Position numbers and translations under genes: made by a program | Shown: positions 52,975-63,583 of the stretch, in pieces | Numbering within the stretch: the stretch's first letter is position 1 | Layout of the letters: the number at the start of each line of letters is the position of its first letter | Notes under the pieces: generated by a model | What the model saw: only the letters and a program-made list of their open reading frames with translations | The model's database searches: none | What the model was told of the DNA's origin: nothing | Assembly (NCBI GenBank): GCA_965262365.1 | Contig: OZ253541.1 | Span: 962,292-1,026,291, forward strand | Direction of reading: 5' to 3' | Source: Candidatus Rariloculaceae bacterium | Lineage (GTDB): Bacteria; Pseudomonadota; Gammaproteobacteria; Steroidobacterales; Rariloculaceae | DNA length: 64,000 nucleotides

Positions 52975-53799
52975 ATGGCAGAGCGAACCGTTTACTTTGT
53001 GTCGGATCAGACCGGTGTGACCGCCGAGACGCTTGGTCACAGTCTGCTCACACAGTTCGATGGGGTCGAGTTCCGAACCGTGACTGTGCCATTTGTCGAT
53101 GATGTTGACAAGGCAACGCGGGTAACGCAACGCATCGATCGAAACGCGGACCGAACCGGCACCAGGCCCATCGTGTTCACGAGTTTCGTTCAGGAAGAGT
53201 TGAGGGTGCCGCTGCTCGCGTGCGCGGGCGTGGTCCTGGATCTGTTTGCCGCCTTTATCGGGCCACTGGAAGAAGAACTCGGAATGAGTTCGTCCCATAC
53301 GCTTGGCCGGGCGCATGGAATGACCGACGTGACCCGGTATGACACGCGGATCAATGCGATGAATTTTTCGATGGACGCCGATGACGGTCACGGTACGCGG
53401 CACTATGACCGGGCCGACGTCATCCTGACAGGGGTATCGAGATCCGGAAAGACGCCGACGTGCCTTTACCTTGCGCTCCAGTACGGTATCTTCGCAGCGA
53501 ATTACCCGTTGGCGGAGGAAGACCTGGAGTCGGGGGAGTTGCCCGGGGTGCTGCGCGAATTTCGGGGAAAGCTGTACGGGCTGACCATCGAGACGTCGCG
53601 GCTGCGCCAGATCAGGCTGGAGCGCCGCCCGGAAGGGCGCTACGCATCCGCGCAGCAGGTCAGCTTCGAACTGCGCAGCGCCGAACGCCTGTTCAAAAGG
53701 CTTGGCATCCCGTTCATCGATACCACGCACTGCTCGATCGAGGAAATCGCCAGCACGATTCTCAGCGAAACCGGTATCGAACGTCGCGCAAATCCCTGA
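52975..53799 (+). CDS. ppsR: PEP synthase regulatory kinase/pyrophosphorylase
   Basis: [24 protein letters not shown]; divergent from ppsA. Confidence 0.95.
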   Translation: MAERTVYFVSDQTGVTAETLGHSLLTQFDGVEFRTVTVPFVDDVDKATRVTQRIDRNADRTGTRPIVFTSFVQEELRVPLLACAGVVLDLFAAFIGPLEEELGMSSSHTLGRAHGMTDVTRYDTRINAMNFSMDADDGHGTRHYDRADVILTGVSRSGKTPTCLYLALQYGIFAANYPLAEEDLESGELPGVLREFRGKLYGLTIETSRLRQIRLERRPEGRYASAQQVSFELRSAERLFKRLGIPFIDTTHCSIEEIASTILSETGIERRANP

Positions 53800-53876
53800 A
53801 ACAGACCTTTGTTCCTCCATCGGGGTTGTGGCATGCTCACAAGGCGATGAACGGCCACAGTCCAAGTAACCAGTTG

Positions 53877-54359
53877 ATGATCGCGGACAGCATGATCGTA
53901 CCCGAGTGCGTCTACCGTCCCGGCAGCTTTACCGGGTTGATGACCCTGTACGAGAGCAACTACATCAAGCTGTCCCAGCTCATCGCCGAGTTCGACTCAT
54001 TCCCCGAGGCTCACGCCGGGTTGGCGGTTTCCTCGTCGGACGAGGACTGCGATCTCTATCTGGCGGTGAAGCGGCGGCGCCCCTACACGACCTCGCTGAA
54101 GCTGACCTATCTGTTCGCACCGGAGACGAGTCAGAGTCAGTCGATACCGGATCCCGATCTATGGGTCCACATCTATCACGATGCCCGACTGGTGGAGGCG
54201 AGACGGCCCCGCGTTCAGCTCACATCGAAAATGTTCGGCGCGACGACGCCGGCCTGGTCCAGGGAACTTGACTGGCGCTGGCGCGACAACATGATGCTGA
54301 ACAAGTGGTTGGACTACCTGATATTGCGGGGACATCAGTTCACGGCACTACAGTCCTGA
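53877..54359 (+). CDS. DUF1249 (YqiB-like) protein
   Basis: LYESNY.KL, YTT, IYHDARLVE, NKWLDY; start uncertain. Confidence 0.8.
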   Translation: MIADSMIVPECVYRPGSFTGLMTLYESNYIKLSQLIAEFDSFPEAHAGLAVSSSDEDCDLYLAVKRRRPYTTSLKLTYLFAPETSQSQSIPDPDLWVHIYHDARLVEARRPRVQLTSKMFGATTPAWSRELDWRWRDNMMLNKWLDYLILRGHQFTALQS

Positions 54360-54416
54360 CGGCTCTTTGTCCGCGGGTACGGCAATCCTGACGAGGCGGG
54401 GCCTCGAAGACCCTGG

Positions 54417-56516
54417 CTAGTTCGCGCGCACCGTCTCCGCGCCGGTGAAACTGGTCCGTGGCGCGGACTCTTCCAGTGCCGCCATGTCGGCGACAATACG
54501 GGTGGCCTGGTCCAGCAGGATGTCCGGGAGTTCGTCTTCGGCAAGTTCCTCGAGATCCGCTATCGGTTCCAATCCACGACCGGCCCGGCGCTCGTTTTCC
54601 CGTAGCAGTCGTTCCTGGTTCCGATCCTCGAGTTCGGCCTTTCGCTGTTCCTGGTTCAGCGAAACGATCTTTCGGTCGCTCAACGATCTCTGGGCTTCAA
54701 TACTGCTTACCATGTAGTTGAAGTCCGGATCGCCCAGGGCACGTTCGCTCTGCCTCGTCCGGAGTACTTCGATGGGAGCATATCCTTCAACATGTGTCGA
54801 GAACGGTGTCCTTTGAATCCGATCCCAGGGCAGGGCGGTATCTCGCGTACTCTCGCCGACGTTCTCTGCATTCCATGGGGATGGCAGTTCAATATCCGGA
54901 ATCACGCCCCGATGCTGGGTGCTTTCGCCCGTGACCCGGTAATACTTGCCAATGGTCAACGTCAACTGGCCGTAGTCTTGCGATCCGCGAATGAACCGGT
55001 CCAGGTCGAACAGATTCTGGACGGTCCCCTTGCCGAATGTCTCCTGGCCGATGACCAGTCCGCGCTGATAATCCTGAATGGCCGCCGCAAAGATCTCCGA
55101 CGCACTGGCGCTATGCCGGTCGACCAGCACTGCCAGAGGTCCGTCGTAGATTGCGCCGGGAATCGGGTCGTTCAGGATTTCCACGTTTCCCTGGGTTTCC
55201 CGAAGCTGAACCAGCGGACCGCGCTCGATGAACAGGCCGCTCAGCTCCGCGGCTTCGCTCAGGTGCCCGCCGCCATTTTGCCTGAGATCGATAATCAGGC
55301 CATCGATATTCTCGGCCATGAGGTCTTCCACCAGTCGTTCCACATCGCGGGTAGTGCTGGTGTAGTTCTCGTCGCCCCGGTTTCGGGCTGCTGAATCGAG
55401 GTAGAAGCTGGGCACGTCGATGACCCCGATTTTCCTGGTTGATGTTTCCTCGGGTACTTCGATTATGCTGCTCTTGGCGGCGCCTTCGTCCATCTTTACC
55501 TTGTCGCGGATAATGTCCACGACGACTTCGGGTGAGCCCGGTACCGCGTCTGCGGGGAGAATCTGCAAGCGGACAACCGTCCCGCCCGGGCCGCGAATGA
55601 GTTGCACCACGTCGTCCAGCCGCCAACCGATGACGCCGACCATCTCGCCTGTGGAGCCCTGCCCAACACCGGTGATTCGATCGTCGGGTTGCAGCCGTCC
55701 GTCGATCTCGGCAGGTCCGCCCGCGATCAGGTTCTTCACATTGACGTAGTCGAAGTCGTCGAGCTCAAGCGTCGCGCCGATGCCGTCGTAGAGCAGGCTC
55801 ATGTGGATGCGCTGTTCCTCGGTATTGCGCGGCGTGAGGTAGCTGGAATGGGGATCGATGGTATGGGTCATCGCATTGAGAAAGCCCTCGAACACATCGT
55901 CCGCGTTCATCTGCGCCGTCCGTCTCAGGCGTCGCTCGTAGCTATTGCGCAGTTCCTCGGCGGCTTCGTCCCAGGTGAGCTCGCGCCCCAGCATGAGTGC
56001 CAGGCCGTCATGCTTGACCTGCTTTCGCCAGATGTCCCGCAGCTCCGCCTCGGTCTGCGCCCACCCCAGGTCTGTACGGTCGAAGCGATACCATTCATCG
56101 AGCGTGAAATCAGGTTCTCCCTCCAGGAGTTCGACCGCGTACGTGAGACGCTCCTGGTTTCGATTCCGCCAAAGATTAAAAATCTCGAAGATAGGCTGGA
56201 GTTCACCGCTTCGGACGCGGTCGTCCAGTTCGTAACGATAGGTTCCCAGACTCGTGTAATCGCTGTGCAGGAAGTACAGGCGGTTACCGTCCAGAATATC
56301 CAGGTAGCGGTCAAAAATCGCGGAGGAGAGAGAATTGTCGATGCGTGGGCGGGAGTAGTGGACGTCTTCGACAAACCGGCTGACCCGCTGACTGATGGCC
56401 TTGTGGTGCTCGCTCATGGTCAATTCGGCCAGGGGCTCTTCCGCTCCCGGAGAGCTCGTACTTGCGAGCACAAGCCAAAATGCGCTGAGTGGCCAGGTCC
56501 GTGTTATTGCTCTCAC
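54417..56516 (-). CDS. prc: Carboxy-terminal (tail-specific) protease
   Basis: DPHSSY, GIGA PDZ, IDLRQNGGG, SASASEIFAAAIQDY, FGKGTVQ. Confidence 0.95.
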   Translation of the reverse strand: MRAITRTWPLSAFWLVLASTSSPGAEEPLAELTMSEHHKAISQRVSRFVEDVHYSRPRIDNSLSSAIFDRYLDILDGNRLYFLHSDYTSLGTYRYELDDRVRSGELQPIFEIFNLWRNRNQERLTYAVELLEGEPDFTLDEWYRFDRTDLGWAQTEAELRDIWRKQVKHDGLALMLGRELTWDEAAEELRNSYERRLRRTAQMNADDVFEGFLNAMTHTIDPHSSYLTPRNTEEQRIHMSLLYDGIGATLELDDFDYVNVKNLIAGGPAEIDGRLQPDDRITGVGQGSTGEMVGVIGWRLDDVVQLIRGPGGTVVRLQILPADAVPGSPEVVVDIIRDKVKMDEGAAKSSIIEVPEETSTRKIGVIDVPSFYLDSAARNRGDENYTSTTRDVERLVEDLMAENIDGLIIDLRQNGGGHLSEAAELSGLFIERGPLVQLRETQGNVEILNDPIPGAIYDGPLAVLVDRHSASASEIFAAAIQDYQRGLVIGQETFGKGTVQNLFDLDRFIRGSQDYGQLTLTIGKYYRVTGESTQHRGVIPDIELPSPWNAENVGESTRDTALPWDRIQRTPFSTHVEGYAPIEVLRTRQSERALGDPDFNYMVSSIEAQRSLSDRKIVSLNQEQRKAELEDRNQERLLRENERRAGRGLEPIADLEELAEDELPDILLDQATRIVADMAALEESAPRTSFTGAETVRAN

Positions 56517-56590
56517 ACTTTCTCCTTTGCCAGATGCGTCCGGGCGCGAGCCGGTACGCGGATGCCTATCCTAACGAATCTGCCGCAGTC

Positions 56591-56872
56591 TTACGATAGT
56601 TGGTCCGCTGGGCGCTTTCGCCTCCACAAGCGGCGCGAGAGTCGCAGGAGCAGGACGATACCGTACGGACTCAATACCAGCATCAGCGCCAGGGGACTTC
56701 CCCGGACCGCTTCCACCCAAATATTCGCTGCCAGGGCCAGGACTCCGCCGTCGGCCGGATACTCACCTACCACGGTTTGTCCCACGACATACACGGCGCC
56801 GGGCAATACCAAAAAGCCCAGGCTCACCAACGACGCGGCCAATACCAGTTCTCGCTTGACGGCAGGCTGCAT
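56591..56872 (-). CDS. Hypothetical membrane protein
   Basis: Two hydrophobic helices. Confidence 0.6.
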   Translation of the reverse strand: MQPAVKRELVLAASLVSLGFLVLPGAVYVVGQTVVGEYPADGGVLALAANIWVEAVRGSPLALMLVLSPYGIVLLLRLSRRLWRRKRPADQLS

Positions 56873-56906
56873 CGTCCATTCACCTCTTACAGCGGATTGT
56901 TGCACG

Positions 56907-57635
56907 TCATTCCAAATCGGGCCCGGGAAGGTTACTGTTCGGTGACGTGAGGAATTGCCTCAGTTGGTCGGTCATCCCGCGGCAGGCGGCCGCGCGGGGC
57001 CGAGCAATGAGCGGAATGGGTATGATGATGGCCGGCAGCGTTGAGCGACCCTTGAAGTCGGCGTAAATCGTTCCGGCGGAACTCAGTTCCTGAATATCCC
57101 AAACCGTGGCATCGTAACGCGCGTCGTCTTCCCACCACGCCAACCCCATGCAACCTGCGCCGCCCACTCCGGCCGCGCATGTGATACCGCCGCCGCTGGC
57201 GACGCGATCGGTGGAACCATCGAGCCAAACGAGGAACCGTACTCCCGTTCCTTCTACGCGCTCAAAAACATCGGGCTTTTCCAGCAACAGCGACAGTTCG
57301 TCCGTGCTGAGCGGCGCCCGGGACGGTTCAAACCACGGGTAGAGCTGGTCTTCGAAGGAGACGGTATCGTGTACGGCCAGCCCGTCGCTTCCTTGTGCGA
57401 GGGCACCGCTTACGCAGTCGACAAAGGCGGCTTCGGTTTCATGCGTGGAATGGTGCTTGCGGGCCAGAATAACGACTTGTTCGCCATCACCAATTACCAC
57501 TGCCGTGCGCTTGTACGGCTCCATGCGAGAGGTGACGCTGCAGCCGGCAAGAATGCTCACCGCAATCGCCGCAACAACGACATGTGCGCGAAAACTAGTT
57601 GTTCCGGCCAGCCTCTGAAGACATTGCCGACTCAT
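56907..57635 (-). CDS. Hypothetical lipoprotein
   Basis: Lipobox LAGC. Confidence 0.7.
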   Translation of the reverse strand: MSRQCLQRLAGTTSFRAHVVVAAIAVSILAGCSVTSRMEPYKRTAVVIGDGEQVVILARKHHSTHETEAAFVDCVSGALAQGSDGLAVHDTVSFEDQLYPWFEPSRAPLSTDELSLLLEKPDVFERVEGTGVRFLVWLDGSTDRVASGGGITCAAGVGGAGCMGLAWWEDDARYDATVWDIQELSSAGTIYADFKGRSTLPAIIIPIPLIARPRAAACRGMTDQLRQFLTSPNSNLPGPDLE

Positions 57636-58290
57636 TTTGCTTCTCCTCTAGCCAGTATTCGACTGCGGGCTGCGCCGAAAATTCCGTGGAGATTACGGCT
57701 CCGACCTCGCGCATCGCGACAACCGCGGCGCGATTCAGGGCAACTCCCCGACTACCGTGTTCCGCCTTGCCGTAACCGGTCACAGGCCACTCGGCTATCA
57801 ACTGGCCGTCGGTTTCGTAAAGGCGCATCTGATATTGCATCCAGACTTCAACGAACTGGTCCGCGCGTTGGATCGGCACGTCGAACTCGAATCTTTCCAG
57901 TTCCGGTTTGATCACTGCATCGAGCCGTCCCTGATCGGTTGCTTCCAGAGGCAGCGCAGGGACCGATTCGGTGGACGCGAACATCGAGCTGAACAGTTGG
58001 TTCAGCATCGAGACGTTCGCTTCGCCAAGCTGGATGGAATAGCTGGCCTGCTGGGGGATTTTTTCCTCGTGTGCGTACGTGGAAAGGGCCTCGTCGAAGA
58101 GGATTCCGATTCGGACGGGAATAGAATCCACCAGCGGCTCCGGAAAGGTCGCATTGACCACCAACGAGGTTGAACAACCGGATACCGCGGCGCACGCGAA
58201 TGCCGCCAGAAAGCGTCTCGACAGACGGAGATGATTCCCGCTCTCCATTGATTCATTGTAAGGCTTGTATAAGCCAAACACTAACGACAA
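57595..58290 (-). CDS. Hypothetical lipoprotein
   Basis: Lipobox VSGC; true start probably downstream. Confidence 0.7.
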   Translation of the reverse strand: MSLVFGLYKPYNESMESGNHLRLSRRFLAAFACAAVSGCSTSLVVNATFPEPLVDSIPVRIGILFDEALSTYAHEEKIPQQASYSIQLGEANVSMLNQLFSSMFASTESVPALPLEATDQGRLDAVIKPELERFEFDVPIQRADQFVEVWMQYQMRLYETDGQLIAEWPVTGYGKAEHGSRGVALNRAAVVAMREVGAVISTEFSAQPAVEYWLEEKQNESAMSSEAGRNN

Positions 58291-58495
58291 TCGTCAGGAT
58301 ACGCGCAACCTGAACATATATTTAGATTGAAATGACCAAAAAGTAATTCCCATCGAATCGATTTCTGGCGAATTTGACAAGGGTGCGTGTATCATAAACC
58401 GCCCGAAGTCTGGGGTCAGCGAAACGCCCATCCGCGTCCAGGCGCAAACGAAAAGGGGCGGGTTCCACAACACTGTTGAGTGGTACGGAGGCATC

Positions 58496-59737
58496 ATGAT
58501 CAAAATGCGTAATCGAACGGTTTTTCTACTCCCGGCGCTACTGCCAGTACTGGCGCAAGGACAAACTGGTTTGCCGGAAGGAGACGGCATGGAGTTGATT
58601 CAGGGAGCCTGCGTGGCCTGCCACGACGTGAACCTGATCACCAATTCCACGGGGTATACGCACCAGCGTTGGGAGTACCTCGTCAAAACCATGATCAATT
58701 TGCCGGACCCTTTGTCCGCTGACATCACCCAGTACCTGGCGTCGAATTTTCCCGAGACCTTCGATCGGGCTCCGACATTGGTCGAAGGCGATCTCGAGTT
58801 GACGTTCCACGAGTGGCTGGCCCCAACTCTCGGGCAACGTCCCAGGGATCCCCTGCAAACGCCTGACGGCATGATCTGGTGGGCCGGCATGTACGGTAGT
58901 CTGGTCGGCCGGCTCGATCCTCGCACCGGTGAGATGACGGAGTTCATGCTCGCCCCGACCGCCAGGCCCCACAGCATTATCAACGACGTATCCGGCAACA
59001 TCTGGTATACCGGAAACGGCAACGCCACGATTGGAAAGCTGGACCCCAATACCGGTGAAATCACTGAGTACCCGATGCCGGACCCCGCTGCGCGCGATCC
59101 CCACTCGCCGGTTTTTACTCGCAGCGGAGACCTTTGGTTTACCCTCCAGAACAGCAACATGATCGGCCGCCTGGTCGTGGACACCGGTGACATTCGCCTT
59201 GCTACGATGCCTACGGAGCGCGCCAGGCCCTACGGAATCGAGGAGGACTCCCGCGGCATGCTCTGGATTGCCAACCGGGGCGCCAACAAGATCACCAGCA
59301 TTGATCCCGATTCGTGGGAGTTCCAGGAATATGAGACACCCAGTCCTCCGCCGGGCGTGTCTCCAGGCGCCTACATTCGACGCCTGGCCATTACCAGCGA
59401 CGACATGATCTGGTACGGGGATTCAGGCCGCGGTTACGTAGGCCGTCTCGACCCCAGTACCGGTGAGATCAAGGAGTGGCCATCGCCCAGTGGCCCGCGG
59501 TCCCACCCGTATGCCTTCGAAGTCGTTAATGACAAGATCTGGTATAACGAGTCATTCCAACGCCCGGACGCACTCGTGCGCTTCGATCCGGAGACCGAAC
59601 AGTTCCAGAGTTGGGCTATTCCGTCCGGTATCGGGATTATTCGAAACATGCGGGCGACGCCGGACGGCAATCTCGTGATTCACCAGAGCAGCACGAACAC
59701 CGTGGGGCTGGTGGTCATTCCGAAGTCTGAGAGCTAG
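58496..59737 (+). CDS. Secreted cytochrome c plus Vgb (virginiamycin B lyase)-like beta-propeller fusion
   Basis: Signal peptide, CVACH heme motif, repeated G.IW(Y/F)T..G..IG.LDP.TG blades. Confidence 0.85.
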   Translation: MIKMRNRTVFLLPALLPVLAQGQTGLPEGDGMELIQGACVACHDVNLITNSTGYTHQRWEYLVKTMINLPDPLSADITQYLASNFPETFDRAPTLVEGDLELTFHEWLAPTLGQRPRDPLQTPDGMIWWAGMYGSLVGRLDPRTGEMTEFMLAPTARPHSIINDVSGNIWYTGNGNATIGKLDPNTGEITEYPMPDPAARDPHSPVFTRSGDLWFTLQNSNMIGRLVVDTGDIRLATMPTERARPYGIEEDSRGMLWIANRGANKITSIDPDSWEFQEYETPSPPPGVSPGAYIRRLAITSDDMIWYGDSGRGYVGRLDPSTGEIKEWPSPSGPRSHPYAFEVVNDKIWYNESFQRPDALVRFDPETEQFQSWAIPSGIGIIRNMRATPDGNLVIHQSSTNTVGLVVIPKSES

Positions 59738-59909
59738 CGCCAGCCGGACTCCCACTCCGCGACCATATCGGCGACGAGTTCCGCGTGCTGGGCCGCCAGG
59801 TCCAGCCGCTCGCCCGGTCAAATCCCCGGGCGGCCGGCGTATAACCCTCGATGGGGCCGATGTCCCACTTGCCTGCCGTGTACGTTGCATACCCCGCATC
59901 CGGGAGTAA
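59734..59909 (-). pseudogene. Collapsed arylsulfatase remnant
   Basis: LLPDAGYATYTAGKWDIG..PAARGFDR joined out of frame to ERLDLAAQHAELVADMVAEWESGWR*. Confidence 0.75.
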
Positions 59910-60036
59910 CCGGACATCAACATTCCTGATAGATTGACGTTATCGGGTGTTGCAGCAAAGCTATAAATGTCGCAAGAAATCAAGCGGAATCAGGGTTAGA
60001 CTACATCTGACAATGCAATGTGATGGGGTTCGAAGA

Positions 60037-61077
60037 ATGATCGCCAGAATTCTGACGATACCGGTTCTGCTCTTGTTGTCCTCACAGCTTCTTGCGCACC
60101 ATTCCCGAGCTGAATACGACCAGGATACCTGGGTGGAGTTCGAAGCCACGGTCACGCAGGTACAGTGGAGGAATCCGCATCTGCGGTTTACCGTCGAGCG
60201 TGAAGTCGACGGGGAGATCCAAGTCTGGGATCTCGAGGGTCAGGACGCCAACAACGTGACTCGCCGCGGTGTCCCGAGAAACGCGATCCAACCGGGCATG
60301 GTGGTCAGGCTTGCGGGCTGGCCGTCCTCGCGGCAGGAGCAGCACCTGGCCGTCAACAACTTCCTTCTGCCCGACGGTCTGGAAGTGATCGTTCGGCAAA
60401 ACGTCCAGCCGCGCTGGTCGGAGCGATACGTCGGCGGTGGGCAGTGGGTCGTCGGCGAGTCCCTGGAGGCGTCCGATGGCTCGGCGGGCATCAATCAGGT
60501 CTGGTCGAGAAGGTTCAGAGGCGCACGGGGAGACCTGTCGGCGCTGGAGGATCCGCCCCTTACGGATGCAGGCCGGATCGGCAGGGACAGCTACGACCCT
60601 AATGTTGACGATCCGTCGCTGGAACAGTGTGTTGCTCGCGGCATGCCCGATGCCATGTCGGCGGCGGGCTCGCTGCATCCGTTCGAGTTTGTTCAGGACG
60701 GAGAAGATATCCTGATGCGGCTGGAGGCGTTTGACAATGTTCGACGTATTCATATGGACTCTGCCGCCAGCGCGCAGGAACAGCCGTTCACTCCCCTGGG
60801 CTATTCCACGGGCCGCTGGGAGGGCGACACCCTGATCGTGACCACGACACGGATCGACTGGCCGACTTCGCGTTATTTCTCACCGCGCATACCGCAAAGC
60901 CGCGAAGTGGAACTCGTAGAACGATTCACGCTGTTGGAAGATGGAACCCAGTTGGCCTACGACGTGGCGATCACCGACCCGGTGAACCTCACGGAGCCCG
61001 TTTCAGTTGAGCGTTACGTTGTCTGGGGCACGCGGCCGGGGATCGAGGTATTTCCTTACGAATGCGCTCGGCGTTGA
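60037..61077 (+). CDS. Secreted DUF6152 plus C-domain fusion protein
   Basis: LLA|HHSRAEYD, WRNPH, QCVARGMP, GYSTGRWEGD, PYEC. Confidence 0.85.
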   Translation: MIARILTIPVLLLLSSQLLAHHSRAEYDQDTWVEFEATVTQVQWRNPHLRFTVEREVDGEIQVWDLEGQDANNVTRRGVPRNAIQPGMVVRLAGWPSSRQEQHLAVNNFLLPDGLEVIVRQNVQPRWSERYVGGGQWVVGESLEASDGSAGINQVWSRRFRGARGDLSALEDPPLTDAGRIGRDSYDPNVDDPSLEQCVARGMPDAMSAAGSLHPFEFVQDGEDILMRLEAFDNVRRIHMDSAASAQEQPFTPLGYSTGRWEGDTLIVTTTRIDWPTSRYFSPRIPQSREVELVERFTLLEDGTQLAYDVAITDPVNLTEPVSVERYVVWGTRPGIEVFPYECARR

Positions 61078-61084
61078 ATGGCCG

Positions 61085-62338
61085 CTAACGCTTGTCGACC
61101 ACAATACGCCCGCCTTGAATGACGACGCGCGCATTGTCGAGCGCGGATATGTCCGCAAGCGGATCCCCGTCGATGAGCACGATATCGGCGATCTTGCCCG
61201 ATTCTATGGTACCGATCTGATCATCTAAACCCAGAAAAATCGACGCGTTACGCGTTAAAGTTTTAATGACTTCGTAATTGGGCAGGACTCGATTCAGCGC
61301 GCGCGCTTCCGCCATGAATTTCGCTGTAGCCTGGCTGCCGCTGCTGCTCATGGCGTCGGTTCCGAAAACCAGCGTCACGCCGCCGTTCCAGAGATGCTCG
61401 ATATCGCGCATGCGCCGTTGGAAGTTGGCCTGGGCATTTTCGGGCCACTCTCGCCCGGTGGCTTCGCGCCATTCCCTGGACGACCCGGAAGTCGTCGTCA
61501 CGACGGGAATCTGCAGTTCTCGCAGAATACGCGTGCCATCGCTGTTCTCGGGTGTGTGCAGTGCGACGGGGTGGAAAAAGCCGCGAACACCAAGATCGAC
61601 CAGTCTCAGCGCAGGCTCATCTACCGTCGATACGTGTGCGTGTACGACCAGGCCGTGCTGGCTCGCCTCGTCGGTGATGGCGGCAATCACGTCGTCATCG
61701 AGGCGGATATCGGGCACGCGAATGTCGTCGTAAATGATCTTCAGGGCATCTACGTCCGCGGCAGCGAGTTCTTTCACCTTGGCTCGCGCCAGTTCGGGAG
61801 TGGTCAATTGCGCTGTTCGCTTCATTTCGCAAAGCCGCTCGCCGTCACAGGTTTGCGTCGTCCAATCACCGGGAGCGGTGAGCACCGGACCGACCGTAAG
61901 CAACCGCGGCCCCCGGATTTCGCCATCGGCGAGCATGCGTCGGACTTCGATGATTTCGGGGAAGTGATCGCCGGCCGCCATGATGGTCGTCATGCCCCAG
62001 GCGAGGACGCCTTCGAGAACATCCACAACGGTGTCTTCGATGTACCGGTCGATCGCCTCGTCGGTCGCATCGGTTGTGGTTAACACATGCCAATGTGTGT
62101 CGATCATGCCCGGCATCAGCGTCATTCCGCCCGCGTCGAGTACTGTGGCGCCCGAATCGTTCACTGCGTCAGGGCCAACTGACACGATGCGGCCGTCGAC
62201 AACCGAAACGCTACCCTGCTCGATGGTTTCTCCGGTCCCGTCGATGATCCGGGCGTTGGTGATGAAGAGGTCTTGAGCGGTGCCCAGGTTCCATGCGGTG
62301 AGTACAACCGCCAGACAAACCATGCGTTTCATTGTCAT
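61085..62338 (-). CDS. Secreted metal-dependent amidohydrolase (Xaa-Pro dipeptidase-like)
   Basis: PGMIDTHWH, carboxylatable Lys (ALKI), HAH, FGTD, GKIADIVLIDGDP. Confidence 0.85.
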   Translation of the reverse strand: MTMKRMVCLAVVLTAWNLGTAQDLFITNARIIDGTGETIEQGSVSVVDGRIVSVGPDAVNDSGATVLDAGGMTLMPGMIDTHWHVLTTTDATDEAIDRYIEDTVVDVLEGVLAWGMTTIMAAGDHFPEIIEVRRMLADGEIRGPRLLTVGPVLTAPGDWTTQTCDGERLCEMKRTAQLTTPELARAKVKELAAADVDALKIIYDDIRVPDIRLDDDVIAAITDEASQHGLVVHAHVSTVDEPALRLVDLGVRGFFHPVALHTPENSDGTRILRELQIPVVTTTSGSSREWREATGREWPENAQANFQRRMRDIEHLWNGGVTLVFGTDAMSSSGSQATAKFMAEARALNRVLPNYEVIKTLTRNASIFLGLDDQIGTIESGKIADIVLIDGDPLADISALDNARVVIQGGRIVVDKR

Positions 62339-62626
62339 TCCATCTCTCTCTTGCAGGTGCAGAATTTCCCCGGTCGGCTGAGTCTTCCGCATTGGATTCG
62401 GCTCAACGCCGCAGCGACTCGTTTGTGCTCCGCCCATCTGCCCATAGTACTCTTGTATAGCTCATCCACGTGGGAGCAATGCCTGAGCTAAAAGTCTGAA
62501 TGCATAACGTCTGGTTATAATGCGTTTTTGTTATGAGCCGTTTGTCGGCGGGGACAAAGCTCCCGAGGTTGGTTCAAATCGCTGGTCAGTTGCACGTGCA
62601 GCGGCCATAGTTCAGGAGAAGGGCCG

Positions 62627-63583
62627 GTGATTCAGTCGCGCAAGATTCGGTATTTTCTGGCAGCCGCGGAACACCTTCACTTCAGCGCGGCCGCCGCAGA
62701 ACTGCATATCAGTCAGCCCGCGCTCTCACGAAGCGTGCGACAGCTTGAGGAGCGCCTTGGCGTAACGCTGTTTGAGCGCGCGGCAAAGGGTGTGGTTCTG
62801 ACCCGCTATGGGGAGCTGTTGGCAAGGCGGGCTCGGCTCATGGAACTCGAAGCCGAACATACCATCGCGGAGATCGAGGCGATCAAGACGGGTTCGGGAG
62901 GCACGCTGCACGTGGGCGCCGGACCGGTGTGGTTGAGAATTTTCCTGCCCCCTGCCATCCGGGAGTTGCAGCGCCACTACCCGGAACTGCAGATCGACCT
63001 CATGACCGGCGTAATTGAAACGCATCTGTCAGCGTTGATGAACGGCCGGATCGATTTGCTGTGCGGCGATCTGGATTTCCCCAACCATCCGGAGCTTCGA
63101 CGGATCCACCTGATCGATCTTCAGTTCGTCGTCATCGCGGGCGCCCACCACCCGCTGGCGGGGAAAGCTGCGGTGCGGGCCGAAGAGTTGACTCGATTTC
63201 CGTGGATCGTCTTGCGTGGCGACTATCTTGGACGGAACCGTTTCGGGGCTTTCTTCTCGGCACAAAACCTCGATCCGCCGAAGCCAAGTATTGTGATCAG
63301 TCCCGGTGTGGAAAACTTTGGCTTTCTGGCGGAAGGCGACTACCTGGCGTTCATACCCACCCAGGCGCTGAGTGTCGCACGCCGCTACAATTGTGTACGC
63401 GTGGATGTGGAAAGAGCCTTCTGGAGGGCGCGCCATGGAGTGGTGTACCGTCGGGCAAAGACACCAGAGGCGTCGGTCAACGCACTGGTTTCGATCCTCC
63501 AGCATCAATTCCAGGGCCGTACCGACATTCCGCTTCGGACAGTGTCTTCAGCTGATCAGATATTGGAGGAACGTCAAGCATGA
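62627..63583 (+). CDS. LysR-family transcriptional regulator
   Basis: HFSAAAAELHISQPALSRSVRQLEERLGVTLFER. Confidence 0.93.
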   Translation: MIQSRKIRYFLAAAEHLHFSAAAAELHISQPALSRSVRQLEERLGVTLFERAAKGVVLTRYGELLARRARLMELEAEHTIAEIEAIKTGSGGTLHVGAGPVWLRIFLPPAIRELQRHYPELQIDLMTGVIETHLSALMNGRIDLLCGDLDFPNHPELRRIHLIDLQFVVIAGAHHPLAGKAAVRAEELTRFPWIVLRGDYLGRNRFGAFFSAQNLDPPKPSIVISPGVENFGFLAEGDYLAFIPTQALSVARRYNCVRVDVERAFWRARHGVVYRRAKTPEASVNALVSILQHQFQGRTDIPLRTVSSADQILEERQA

